Assembly: GCA_016840165.1 (NCBI GenBank)
Contig: JAEOSU010000027.1
Location: 39,549-103,548, forward strand
DNA length: 64,000 bases
Source: Promethearchaeota archaeon
GTDB lineage: Archaea > Asgardarchaeota > Lokiarchaeia > Sigyniarchaeales > SOKP01
Direction of reading: 5' to 3'
The notes under the pieces are model-generated. The model saw only the letters and a program-made list of their open reading frames with translations, had not been told where the DNA came from and ran no database searches. Numbering within the stretch: position 1 is the stretch's first letter; each line of letters starts with the position of its first letter. This document shows, piece after piece, positions 40,507 to 50,662 of this stretch. Made by a program: the position numbers and the translations under genes.

Positions 40507-42033
40507 TTAGAAAATTTCGCTAATATCTTTATATAACACAGCACTATTTTCGATAAATTGTTCATGAGTAATGAATAGATTTTGAAAACTCGGAAGACTT
40601 CCCAAAATTGCGGCACCATTAAATATCGCATATTGAAGATTTTCTGGTACGTAAAACTTGATAAGTGTATCTGTTGACTTGTAATATCCTGAAAACTCAC
40701 GAGCGGGTTTTGCTTTTTTGATCACTCCAGTGGGGAGATCTTCTAAACTCGGAGGCTCTAAAGATTTCCCACAATATGGACAAAAGATTGAAGTTTCATC
40801 TACTATTTCTTTATTGCAATGGGGACATAATAATTTACCATTTACTTTTTTAACTTTTTTAGGTTCCACTTTTGGTTTAATTGGTAATTCAGGTAATACA
40901 ACTCTTCCTCCACATGAAGGACAAAATTCCTTTCCGTCAGTGAGGTCCACTAACACCCCACAGTGAGGACAAGTATCTTTACTTTTCTTTGCTACTTCTT
41001 TCGCTTGCATAGTTAATTTCTGACTAACTGTCGAGATCATTTCTTTTGGTTTTGGAATTTTTCCTAATTGCGGTAAAATCTTGTTTAGTTCTACTCGTAA
41101 ACGTTCCTCAAAACCAGAATATGATACATTACCCCCTGAAATGACAATATGTGATAATAAATCACTCCAATAATGATCATCAATCCCTTTGAGAGAAGCA
41201 ATAATGGCTTCAGGTATATTCATCATTGTATAACCAATAAGTTGGGGATTAAAAAGTACTTCAGGAGCTTCATGAAATATATAATTGGGGATTTTAATAT
41301 TTGAACCATCTGGCATGGCAAAGCTAAAAGAATCTTTTACTTTTGGAGGGTTATCAGGGTCTATTGCAAAATAACAATTTTTTTCCTTTATATCCTTAAT
41401 TATTTCATCCACAGCGGAGGATTCTATATTAATACCTTCTCGCATTAACAGGTTTTTTAAGTGCTGATTAATATCGGTACCGGCAAGAGGTAATTTTTGT
41501 ACCGCCTGATCGACCAACTCTCCGTTGATAATGGGACAAATCCAAGTTATACCATCTCCACTTTCAATGACTAGTCCTGTGGTTAAACCAACGCTGAAGA
41601 TTGAAAGTATTGGTGTAGGAATCATAATCAAGCTTTTAACTCTATGTGTTTCAAATAAAACTCGAGCAATATATTCCTTTGTCTCTTTCTGGACAAATGG
41701 TTGTTCTGTATATAATAAAGGATAATCAGAAAGATTGGGGATTCGTAGAAGGGAATAAAAACAATAATTAAGAATTTCATAATAATCATTCCAATCCATA
41801 ATTGCCCCACGGTCAATTGGATATTTTATTTTTAGCACACCTCGCATTTTTGCCGCATCTGAGCCGATATATGTGTTTCTTGCACTTACATCGACCATTA
41901 CTGATTTATATTTCTCCTTTCCCGTCATTGTTGGAAATACAAATCGAGGACTTGGTTCACCAGCAAATCCAATTTTAGTATATGCGGATCCAATGTCTAA
42001 AATCACCGGGGTGCCTGGGAGAGGGATTGCCAT
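40507..42033 (-). CDS. Actin-related protein (Asgard actin family) with double zinc-ribbon insertion
   Basis: DIGSAYTKIGFAGE, LKIKYPI, LYTE, LFET, ESGDG, LAG, IKEK, PDG, APEVLF, SGG, GAAILGSL all align with actin; insert carries four CxxC. Confidence 0.95.
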   Translation of the reverse strand: MAIPLPGTPVILDIGSAYTKIGFAGEPSPRFVFPTMTGKEKYKSVMVDVSARNTYIGSDAAKMRGVLKIKYPIDRGAIMDWNDYYEILNYCFYSLLRIPNLSDYPLLYTEQPFVQKETKEYIARVLFETHRVKSLIMIPTPILSIFSVGLTTGLVIESGDGITWICPIINGELVDQAVQKLPLAGTDINQHLKNLLMREGINIESSAVDEIIKDIKEKNCYFAIDPDNPPKVKDSFSFAMPDGSNIKIPNYIFHEAPEVLFNPQLIGYTMMNIPEAIIASLKGIDDHYWSDLLSHIVISGGNVSYSGFEERLRVELNKILPQLGKIPKPKEMISTVSQKLTMQAKEVAKKSKDTCPHCGVLVDLTDGKEFCPSCGGRVVLPELPIKPKVEPKKVKKVNGKLLCPHCNKEIVDETSIFCPYCGKSLEPPSLEDLPTGVIKKAKPAREFSGYYKSTDTLIKFYVPENLQYAIFNGAAILGSLPSFQNLFITHEQFIENSAVLYKDISEIF

Positions 42034-42093
42034 GGTTAATCAATTTTTTTTTAATATTTAAGACTATATTTTCTTCTATATAATTATCAAAAT

Positions 42094-42528
42094 TTAAGTG
42101 TTAGTATCCTTTAAAAATTTAAATAATCGTTCTAAAATCGATTGTTTCGTAATTAAGCCAATTAATTCTTTATTGGGATTAACAACGGGTAATCTTTCAA
42201 TATTTTTGGTCATCATTTTTTCTATAGCCATTTCAAACGTATCTTCTTGTTGAAGGGTTATGGTATCTGAAGTCATAAGATCTTTAACTCGAGTATTTGG
42301 AGAATCAAGATTTGTTGCGAATCGGGCTAACCGTATATCTCTTTGAGTAATAATTCCAACGATCTGTTTATCTCTACTATTATTAACGACTGGTAATCCT
42401 CCAACATTCTTTCTCAACATAAGCCTTTCTGTTGCACTTATTTTTTCATCGGGAACTGTGAAGTAAGGATCACGAATCATAAATTCCGAAATGTTGATTT
42501 TACCCAATGATCGCTTATTTTCTCCCAT
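42094..42528 (-). CDS. CBS domain pair protein
   Basis: GLPVV...GIITQRD; RLPVV...GLITKQS. Confidence 0.93.
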   Translation of the reverse strand: MGENKRSLGKINISEFMIRDPYFTVPDEKISATERLMLRKNVGGLPVVNNSRDKQIVGIITQRDIRLARFATNLDSPNTRVKDLMTSDTITLQQEDTFEMAIEKMMTKNIERLPVVNPNKELIGLITKQSILERLFKFLKDTNT

Positions 42529-42620
42529 TTAATTTAAAACCTTCTAAAGATACTATATAACCAAGTAAAACTAACTCGTTCTAAGAATAAATAATATCTC
42601 TTTCATTTAAAAGATATTTA

Positions 42621-43031
42621 TTACTGAATCGTAAGGGTTTTTTTTAAATTAGTCTCGATGGCTTCTAATTCAGAACGTAAATTATTGAAAGTATTAAGTA
42701 GAAAGTCCCCCCATTCATTCAATTTTATCCAACCACCTCCTCCTGGTCCACCACGTGCTGTTTCCACCGGTGAAATACCTGTTCTTTTCTCTATCCTCCT
42801 TAAAATATTCCAAGCATATTTGTATGAATACCCACATTCTTTTGCAGCTTGGGTTAGCGATTTTAAACCTTTAGATGTTTCTGATTTAATATTTTCAAGT
42901 AATTTGGCCCACCCCGAGCCTAATATATTCGCAGATTCGTTATCTTGAAATTCAAGCCATATTTTTATCCCAAACCCCACTTTAGATTTATACTTCTCTA
43001 GATCCACATCTTCAATAGATTTTCTCTTCAT
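42621..43031 (-). CDS. ModE-family winged-helix regulator
   Basis: KIWLE...LG.G...SLTQAAKECGYSYKYAW...RGGPGGGG. Confidence 0.9.
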   Translation of the reverse strand: MKRKSIEDVDLEKYKSKVGFGIKIWLEFQDNESANILGSGWAKLLENIKSETSKGLKSLTQAAKECGYSYKYAWNILRRIEKRTGISPVETARGGPGGGGWIKLNEWGDFLLNTFNNLRSELEAIETNLKKTLTIQ

Positions 43032-43150
43032 ATATGATTGTATGCTAGTTCTTTAAATATAATTATTTGATAATATTGAACAATAAAAAATTAAAACAAA
43101 GCTGTTTTTATTCTCACATTAATAAATAAGACAACGCAGAGAGTATATTT

Positions 43151-43903
43151 ATGTTCTTTTCAAATTTAAGTGGAACTGTTAAACAGGGGAAAAAAGTTCT
43201 CGATAATCTTTACTTTTTTGATGAAAATCCGATGTTAGATTGTAATCAGTATGTTCTAAATAACTCTGATACTGACGAACTGTCGCTATTTGATGCGGGT
43301 AACGGAATATCACTTAAAGGTTTAATTCAAGGAATGAATCAGTTTGATTTAAATTATAAAAAAATTACGCGTATTTTTTTAACACATGAGCATGTTGATC
43401 ATGTTCTTGGATTATATCCTCTTTTAAAGTTGCTGGATGATAATCCACCTCAAATACTTGCTTATGGAGAAACAGCACAGATTTTAAAAACAGGAAATGA
43501 ATCAAAAATTTTCCCAGGTAATCTTGGAATAAGACCAAGTATGTTTGGAGTCGAAATAGTACCGTTAAATGTTGTTGATCTAAAGGATCAACCTAATATT
43601 CAAATTACACCTGAATTTAATTTTAAAATTTTTTATACTCCTGGTCATTCTTTAGGTTCTATTTCTTACTATGAAAAAGAACGTAAGATTTTGATTCCAG
43701 GGGATTTAGTATTCACTGGTGGGAGTTTTGGGCGATATGATTTTCCAGGTGGCTCCCTTAAAGTTTTGACGCAATCAATCAAATTTGTGAGCGAGTTAGA
43801 TGTAAAGTATTTACTTCCAGGACATATGGGTATTAGTTCGAAAGGGAATCAAGATATTGCTCATTCTTATAGAATGGTTCAATCACTTAGCGATTTCTTT
43901 TAG
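43151..43903 (+). CDS. MBL-fold metallo-hydrolase
   Basis: THEHVDH, TPGHS, GD, PGH. Confidence 0.93.
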   Translation: MFFSNLSGTVKQGKKVLDNLYFFDENPMLDCNQYVLNNSDTDELSLFDAGNGISLKGLIQGMNQFDLNYKKITRIFLTHEHVDHVLGLYPLLKLLDDNPPQILAYGETAQILKTGNESKIFPGNLGIRPSMFGVEIVPLNVVDLKDQPNIQITPEFNFKIFYTPGHSLGSISYYEKERKILIPGDLVFTGGSFGRYDFPGGSLKVLTQSIKFVSELDVKYLLPGHMGISSKGNQDIAHSYRMVQSLSDFF

Positions 43904-44069
43904 GGTATAATTTTCAATACATATTCAACCATATCTCAATTCAATACACCTTATTATAATATTAGGATTATAAGAAGGTTTTTTAAATAGAATTTCTATA
44001 TATATTGTTAATCATTGAATTATTTAATTACAAATATTATTTAATCCAAAACCAAAATACGTGATAATT

Positions 44070-44738
44070 ATGTCAGAAAAACCAAAAAAACCAATTACCG
44101 AAGTCATTTTAAGATCTTATCCGAAGATAATCTTTTTCTGGCCCTTACTTCTGACCTCCTTTGTACTTTGGCTTCTTCAAATGCTCGCTCCTAATACTCC
44201 AATTGCATGGTATGGAAACTTCTGGTTCATTATGTTCTTTATTAATATTTTCATTACTGCATTTGATTTTTCCTCAACGAAATTTTTTGTTCTGGTTCTC
44301 GTAGGAGTTGTGGTTATATTATTAGTTGTATTTTTAGTATTACCAAATGTAGCATTTGAATTTACTGCTGCTGAATTCAATCCAAACTTAAGTGTCGAAT
44401 TTTATTTTCTGATGACAATAATTCTAGCTTTAATTCTTGGAATTGTCGTATTAAGTGCTCAATTTGATTATTGGAAGATCGAACGAAATGAAATATACCA
44501 TAAAGCTGGAATTTTTACTTCTGCCGAAAGAATTCCCACTAAAAGCTTACGATTAAAGAAAGAGATTCCGGATGTTTTTGAATTCTTTATATTACGCGCT
44601 GGTACCTTTGTACTATCTCCTGGTCATGGAGATGTTATTCCTTTAACTACTGTATTAAACATAAACAAGAAGCAAGAGCAAATCGATTACTTATTGAGTC
44701 ATATTAGTACAGAAGCTGATGAACTGGACGCAGTTTAA
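44070..44738 (+). CDS. Membrane protein (4 TM) with C-terminal cytoplasmic beta domain
   Basis: Four hydrophobic helices followed by a beta-rich domain; ATG at 44070, alternative GTG at 44061. Confidence 0.75.
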   Translation: MSEKPKKPITEVILRSYPKIIFFWPLLLTSFVLWLLQMLAPNTPIAWYGNFWFIMFFINIFITAFDFSSTKFFVLVLVGVVVILLVVFLVLPNVAFEFTAAEFNPNLSVEFYFLMTIILALILGIVVLSAQFDYWKIERNEIYHKAGIFTSAERIPTKSLRLKKEIPDVFEFFILRAGTFVLSPGHGDVIPLTTVLNINKKQEQIDYLLSHISTEADELDAV

Positions 44739-44763
44739 TAAGATTTAAACTTGTGAAATACAA

Positions 44764-44787
44764 TTTTTATTTTTTTTTAATTTTTTT
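44764..44787 (+). terminator. Oligo-T terminator
   Basis: Several T runs directly after the stop at 44738. Confidence 0.5.
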
Positions 44788-44865
44788 ATAATCTCTTGAT
44801 AACTTAAATCTAAATTCAATTTTTTAATTAAGTTTAAGAATGTAATAAAATTTTTAGAAATACAA

Positions 44866-45591
44866 ATGCCTCATTCTCCGATATTATTATTTGATTTTGA
44901 TGGAGTGGTTATTACACAAAAAGCACTAGAATTTAGTGCATTAGTCTATAGTCGAAAAGGTTATTTTAATTGGAGAAATACGGAGAGCTTAAGATTAATT
45001 GATTATGCGCGCTTATTTGAAGAGTCTGATTCAAATAATAGAGTTAAGGCTCTTATTCAAGTTTATAAAGCATACAAGCCTTATATCTCAAATCCATTAA
45101 AGCGAATCTTATTTTTCATTAAATTTCGTCGTACCTACCCTAAATATGAGATATATGAAACTATAAAACCTAATTTAAAATCGATATTAGAACTATTCAA
45201 TACTATAGATGCTCCTTTAGGGATCGTATCAAATACCAAAAATTCGCGATTGTCAACTTTTAGAAAGCATTTGAATTTGGATAAATATTTTTCTGCTTAT
45301 GTTTCTAGAGACGATTCGCCTTTTAGAAAGCCACATCCTTATCCTATCTTCAAAGTACTTGAAAAAATTAAACAGAAATATCATTTTCCGATAGAAAAAG
45401 ACCGTGTGTTTTTTATTGGAGATCTTCCCACAGATATTATATGTGCTCATAATGCGGGTATAAAGAGTATTGCTCTTCTGAATGGTCATGGAACAGAGAA
45501 GGCATTAAGAGAGGTAAATCCTACTTATGTGTTGCGAGATATTTTAGATATCACAGAAATAGAGCTATTCAAAAAATTATTATTCGATTAA
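44866..45591 (+). CDS. HAD family hydrolase
   Basis: FDFDG, VSN, KPHP, IGDLPTD. Confidence 0.93.
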   Translation: MPHSPILLFDFDGVVITQKALEFSALVYSRKGYFNWRNTESLRLIDYARLFEESDSNNRVKALIQVYKAYKPYISNPLKRILFFIKFRRTYPKYEIYETIKPNLKSILELFNTIDAPLGIVSNTKNSRLSTFRKHLNLDKYFSAYVSRDDSPFRKPHPYPIFKVLEKIKQKYHFPIEKDRVFFIGDLPTDIICAHNAGIKSIALLNGHGTEKALREVNPTYVLRDILDITEIELFKKLLFD

Positions 45592-45610
45592 GCATTAAAA
45601 AGGATTAGTT

Positions 45611-48352
45611 ATGTTTAATCCGGAAGAATTTAGAGACTATAATACTATTATTCCTTTTGTAGAGAAATTAAATAAGTATTTAAAAAAAAATAAACTAAAC
45701 AAAATCCCGCAAGTAATCGAGGCCTTAAATTCCTCATTGAAGGATGAAAATTTAGCTATTCCAGTCACATATGTTTTTAGTATATTGGCGGAGAGTGATG
45801 CATCATTCATTCCATCTGAATTAATTAAAAATTTAGAGCCTTATCTGGACTCAGATGAGAAAAAGCTACAATTAAACACTATCATTATCATTGGATTTTA
45901 TTTGATAAAGAATTCAGAGAAAATTGAGTCATATATTTCAAATTTTATCCAAATACTTAAACAAGATTCTGAAGAAGTTTTAGAAAATACTTATTATTTC
46001 TTGCAAAAATTCATTGAGTTCAATCGAAACTTGTTATGTCCATATAAAAATGTACTTTTAGAGTATTTAAAATCTGAAAGAAATGAAAAAAACCAGCTCT
46101 CATTGTTAGAGTTTATTGAATCTTGTTCTAATTTCGACTTTGATGATTTATATTCATTTAGAGATGTCGCTCTACATTTAATTTCACAATATCAAAATAA
46201 AGTTGATAGTAAAATTGTCTCTACGTTAAAAAGGAAAGTTTCCCAAGTTTTCCCAAAATTTCAGGAGAAAGACTTTGATGATATTGAAGTTGAGGAGCTT
46301 AGAAAAGAAATACAAGATTTTTTTATTATGAAAAAGTTTGACCTTAATAAAATAGCAAATGCCCAAGGAATAACTCCTAAAGGATATATTCAAACGCGAA
46401 AAAAAAGCTTGCTAATTGATAAAAAGTTCACTTTTTATACACGAATCAAAGATGATAATCAAATTTTTTATTATGAACTTGAAAAAGAAAAATTAAAAGC
46501 CTTTTTCGAAAGTTCTGATAAAATTTCAGGGAATCTAATTATAAATAGATTCTCTCAAATAATTGATGATGATTCAGAATTAGAATCATTTATGAATACA
46601 TTAATTAAATTAAAAATAATTAGTGGTTATTTCTCAGATCTACATTATTTTTATCCTTATAAGTATTTAAGGCAAGATATTTTGCAAAATATTCAAGAAA
46701 AGGGATTAGTTAACTTCGAAAAGTATAATTACATACCAATAGAATTTTTTAAAGCAATTATAAACGATATATCATCAAATATTAAGCAAATACTTCTCAT
46801 AGGAAAAAATGGAAGGATTTATTACTCTCAAGACAAGATTAATCGAACCATAAATAAGGAGGCAGCTAAGGCAAGTGTGATTGATTTAAAATCGTATAAA
46901 GAAAGATTAGGAGAAGATGCCTATTTAAAGTTAATAAACAACTTACCAATGGAGTATTTAACTAAATATCATGAAGCGACTCAATATCTTACTAACTTAG
47001 GTTTGATTAATGTACGTAAAGAAATTGATAATTCCAGAATTATTGGATATTTTTCTATTTTGGATGTTTCTGCAAAATTAAAATTACGTAAATCAATTCT
47101 TTATAGCATTTTAGAAGAATATATTGACATGCGAAGTGGAATATTTGATAAAAATAGAAATAATTTTTATTACTCGAAATTTCTAAATGAAAAAGTTAAT
47201 CAAATCAATCAGATTAAAGAGGAAAATAAGAGAAATGAATTGATAAATCAACTTGCCTCTGAATTAAATATTGATAAAAATGTTATCTTTGCGAAGTTAG
47301 AGGAAAATCTTAAGTTAATTGGTGAAGAGATCAAACAACAAAAGGAGATCAATATTAATGATTATGTTGACAAAATTGGCATGGATTATGAGGATTTTTT
47401 AAAATTTATAAGTAGTTTAAAGGTTGATTATTTCAAAAAAGGAGATAGCATTATCATCGAACAAGAAAGAATAATTGAAGCGAAAAATGAAATTAAATCG
47501 AGCCTAATTGTGAGATCTAAATCGGAGGATTTTATCGCATTTAGAGATCTCAATCTTAACCAGAATATTATTGACGATATAATTCGTGAATTAAAAGAAG
47601 AGAAAAAAATTATAGGGATTTCTTATGATGACGAAGATAAAATTAGATTCTATACCAAGAAAGGAATTGAGAATCTTATGCTAGAAAACCAACATTTTTT
47701 CTCTTTCCAAGATTTCTTTCCAGAAAAAACACTTTCTGAATCAGAAACACAGTTAATGCGTTCTATTTTAGATGATCTGTTGAAAGCGAAAAGATTATCT
47801 GGTACTTTTGACGAAAAGAATATGATTTTTTCCAGTAATGAAGTCCTCTTTGTTCAAAACTATAATACTATTCTTAATGAATTTGAAACCCTCATTCAAA
47901 AATATATACAATATTTCGAAGTTGAATTCCAAAAAATAAAGAAGACTTTAATAAAAAAAGAAGAAACTATTTTCCCAAATGAAATAAAAATCATCCAAGA
48001 AATAATTAAGCGGGTGAATAAAAATTATGTTCATTGGAGAAGCGGATTAGAGGCATTTGTTAGAAATGCTAATAGTCATTTGTTAAAAAAACAGGGGATG
48101 ACTCTTAAAAAATATAGAGCAATAGAAATCTCGCCTGATCGAAAGAAAGATGTCAAATTATTTGAGGAAGATCCAGAAGTAATTGATTTTTTGAATCAAT
48201 TTAAAGAATGGGTAAGAATTTTTAATGTTATTGAATTGAAATATGGCAATGTAATTTTTTATCAAAAAAGATTATTTAATAATCCAGATAATAAGGAAGA
48301 TCAAAAGAAATTAAATGATTTATTAATTCAACTAAAACTGATAGAAGGCTAA
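45611..48352 (+). CDS. Large HEAT-repeat plus tandem winged-helix (PCI/UFL1-like) protein
   Basis: N-terminal HEAT-like repeats; repeated helix-helix-wing units (LIKLKIISGYF, LKEEKKIIG, LLKAKRLSGTFDEKNMIF); C-terminal coiled coil. Confidence 0.6.
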   Translation: MFNPEEFRDYNTIIPFVEKLNKYLKKNKLNKIPQVIEALNSSLKDENLAIPVTYVFSILAESDASFIPSELIKNLEPYLDSDEKKLQLNTIIIIGFYLIKNSEKIESYISNFIQILKQDSEEVLENTYYFLQKFIEFNRNLLCPYKNVLLEYLKSERNEKNQLSLLEFIESCSNFDFDDLYSFRDVALHLISQYQNKVDSKIVSTLKRKVSQVFPKFQEKDFDDIEVEELRKEIQDFFIMKKFDLNKIANAQGITPKGYIQTRKKSLLIDKKFTFYTRIKDDNQIFYYELEKEKLKAFFESSDKISGNLIINRFSQIIDDDSELESFMNTLIKLKIISGYFSDLHYFYPYKYLRQDILQNIQEKGLVNFEKYNYIPIEFFKAIINDISSNIKQILLIGKNGRIYYSQDKINRTINKEAAKASVIDLKSYKERLGEDAYLKLINNLPMEYLTKYHEATQYLTNLGLINVRKEIDNSRIIGYFSILDVSAKLKLRKSILYSILEEYIDMRSGIFDKNRNNFYYSKFLNEKVNQINQIKEENKRNELINQLASELNIDKNVIFAKLEENLKLIGEEIKQQKEININDYVDKIGMDYEDFLKFISSLKVDYFKKGDSIIIEQERIIEAKNEIKSSLIVRSKSEDFIAFRDLNLNQNIIDDIIRELKEEKKIIGISYDDEDKIRFYTKKGIENLMLENQHFFSFQDFFPEKTLSESETQLMRSILDDLLKAKRLSGTFDEKNMIFSSNEVLFVQNYNTILNEFETLIQKYIQYFEVEFQKIKKTLIKKEETIFPNEIKIIQEIIKRVNKNYVHWRSGLEAFVRNANSHLLKKQGMTLKKYRAIEISPDRKKDVKLFEEDPEVIDFLNQFKEWVRIFNVIELKYGNVIFYQKRLFNNPDNKEDQKKLNDLLIQLKLIEG

Positions 48353-48409
48353 TTTAGAAGGCCTTTATTTTATAAAAAGTCATAGCATGATTGATGGATC
48401 TTTTTTTAT

Positions 48410-48712
48410 TTAATAAGAATTACTTGAATCTTTTTTTTGTTCAATCTTTGTGACTATTGCATCCACATCGATTTTTTCATGCGGTTTTATTTTATAGGTC
48501 TTAGGGGAGTATGTTCCATTCATTTCTAATATGCCCTCTTCCGCAAGACAATCCAATGATCTCCAAATAAAATTTATTTTTGAACGATCTGAAGATTTTA
48601 TTCTATTGCATCTCCGAATTCTTTTAGTATTAACAATATTGACATTGTTATCAATTAATTTATTGATTGCTTCGACAGTTTCCCTTAAATTTTTCAAAAA
48701 AAAGTCCATTAA
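48410..48712 (-). CDS. Hypothetical protein, possible winged helix
   Basis: FIWRSLDCLAEEGILE...PKTYKI; start probably the ATG of MDFF rather than 48772. Confidence 0.6.
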   Translation of the reverse strand, partial: LMDFFLKNLRETVEAINKLIDNNVNIVNTKRIRRCNRIKSSDRSKINFIWRSLDCLAEEGILEMNGTYSPKTYKIKPHEKIDVDAIVTKIEQKKDSSNSY

Positions 48713-48924
48713 TTGCTCATTTAGATTAATAATTCGGATATGGAAGAGTAATTTAAATTTATTTTTAGACATATATAAACTTTTTTTATGTTTCTGAAAA
48801 ACCTCTTATATCAAGGAAGAGAGAAATTTTTCGATAGATATTTTGAATATCTTTTAAATTGTAAATCATTTTTTAAAAAAGGATAAGGATACAGAAAATT
48901 TGGGAAAAAATAATGGGAAAAAAA

Positions 48925-50529
48925 TCAATGTCTAAAAACTCGTTTATCACAGAAAATTAATGCACAATTAAGTTCATTTGCTTTTTTAATCACCAAATCA
49001 TCTCTGATTGACCCCCCTGGATTTATAATAGCTTTCGCTCCTGCTTCTACTGCTGCTTCTAAGCCATCAGGAAAAGGGAAAAATGAGTCCGTTCCCATGA
49101 GAGAATCTTTTAACTCATCTTTATGTCCAAATTCAATTGCTTTTTGTACTGCTAATTTTACCACATGAACGCGGCTTTGTTGTCCCGCTCCTATACCAAT
49201 TGTATAAAAACCATTGTCATAAATCTGGACAAAACATGCAGAATTTGATTTTGTCCATTTTGAAATTTTGTAGGCAAAAATTAGAGCCTCTTTTTCTTTT
49301 TCATTAACGCCACGATTACTCACTACCCTCCAGTTCTTTATAACTGGCTTAGAGTCATATTCTTGAATTAAAACACCTCCCAGTACACTTCGCAGTTCAG
49401 GATTTCTATAAAGTTTGTCTCGTTTAGTTAAAAAATCACCAAATTCCAGAAGAATCATTTTTTCTTTTTTTTTCAATATATCAAGAGCTTCTGGTTCGAA
49501 AGATGGCGCCATTAATACCTCAATGAATATTTTTTCTTTATTTACGATGAAATCCGCAGTTTCTTCTGATACTGGTTTATTTAATCCCCACACACCCCCA
49601 AAAGCAGACATTGGATCGGTTTTGAATGCCATCTGTATCGATTTTAATTGATGTTTTTTATCTACAGCCACACCATTAGGGCTAGTATGCTTTAAAATTG
49701 CAGTATTGTAATAGGAATTATTGAAATCTAAAAGAATTTGCATACAAGAATCAATATCCAGATAATTATTGAATGATATTTCTTTTCCAGATATTTTTTT
49801 AATATTATATAATCCTTCCTTAATATCGATGTCTCTGTAATAGGCTGCAAATTGATCCCAATTCTCTCCATACCGGCAATCTTGTACTTTTTCATAGATT
49901 TTGATAATTTTATCTCCAAAAGAAAGATCAGGATAATTATAATTCTGAAAATAATTAGCAATTATGGAGTTATATTCTGCAACTTGAAAAAAGACCTCTT
50001 GGGCAAGAAAAGCTCTTGTTTGTAAACTAATACCTTTCTTTTCCCTCATTTCTCTTATTATTTTTGGATAATGTTCTGGATTAGAAATTACCACAACATC
50101 ATTGAAGTTTTTTGCTGCAGCTCTTATCATTGTTGGACCACCTATATCTATCATCTCTAAAGCATCTTCTAATGAGAGATTAGGCTTAGATATTGCCTCT
50201 TTGAAATTATAGAGATTACAAATAACCATATCGATTGGTTTTATACTAAATTTTTGGGCTTCCTGAAGATCTTTTTTATTATTACGGCGGAATAATATCC
50301 CTCCTTCCACTTTTGGGTGCAGAGTTTTAACTCTTCCATCAAATATTTCGGGTGATTTAGTGTAATCTGCTATATCAATCACATCAATACCGTTACTCCT
50401 TAATAGCTTACTTGTTCCCCCAGTTGAGAGAATCTCGACTCCAAATTCATCTGCTAATATTTGAGCAATTTCTACTACTCCCTTTTTGTCAAAAACCGAT
50501 ATTAAAGCTCTTTCTATTTTTTTCATCAT
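48925..50529 (-). CDS. purH: Bifunctional AICAR transformylase / IMP cyclohydrolase
   Basis: ALISVFDK, STGGT, GRVKTLHP, IDIGGPTMIRAAAKN, GIGAGQQSR, DSFFPF, PGGSIRD, RVFRH. Confidence 0.97.
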   Translation of the reverse strand: MMKKIERALISVFDKKGVVEIAQILADEFGVEILSTGGTSKLLRSNGIDVIDIADYTKSPEIFDGRVKTLHPKVEGGILFRRNNKKDLQEAQKFSIKPIDMVICNLYNFKEAISKPNLSLEDALEMIDIGGPTMIRAAAKNFNDVVVISNPEHYPKIIREMREKKGISLQTRAFLAQEVFFQVAEYNSIIANYFQNYNYPDLSFGDKIIKIYEKVQDCRYGENWDQFAAYYRDIDIKEGLYNIKKISGKEISFNNYLDIDSCMQILLDFNNSYYNTAILKHTSPNGVAVDKKHQLKSIQMAFKTDPMSAFGGVWGLNKPVSEETADFIVNKEKIFIEVLMAPSFEPEALDILKKKEKMILLEFGDFLTKRDKLYRNPELRSVLGGVLIQEYDSKPVIKNWRVVSNRGVNEKEKEALIFAYKISKWTKSNSACFVQIYDNGFYTIGIGAGQQSRVHVVKLAVQKAIEFGHKDELKDSLMGTDSFFPFPDGLEAAVEAGAKAIINPGGSIRDDLVIKKANELNCALIFCDKRVFRH

Positions 50530-50662
50530 ATTTCGCGTGAAAATGTTTACTATAAAAGTCTTTTTCTAATATGAATTCTAACGATTAATCTTGTAAAAAG
50601 CTTATTGATTAATGATTAATAATAACGAGCTAAGAAAAAGGATTAAAATGAAAATTCATATC

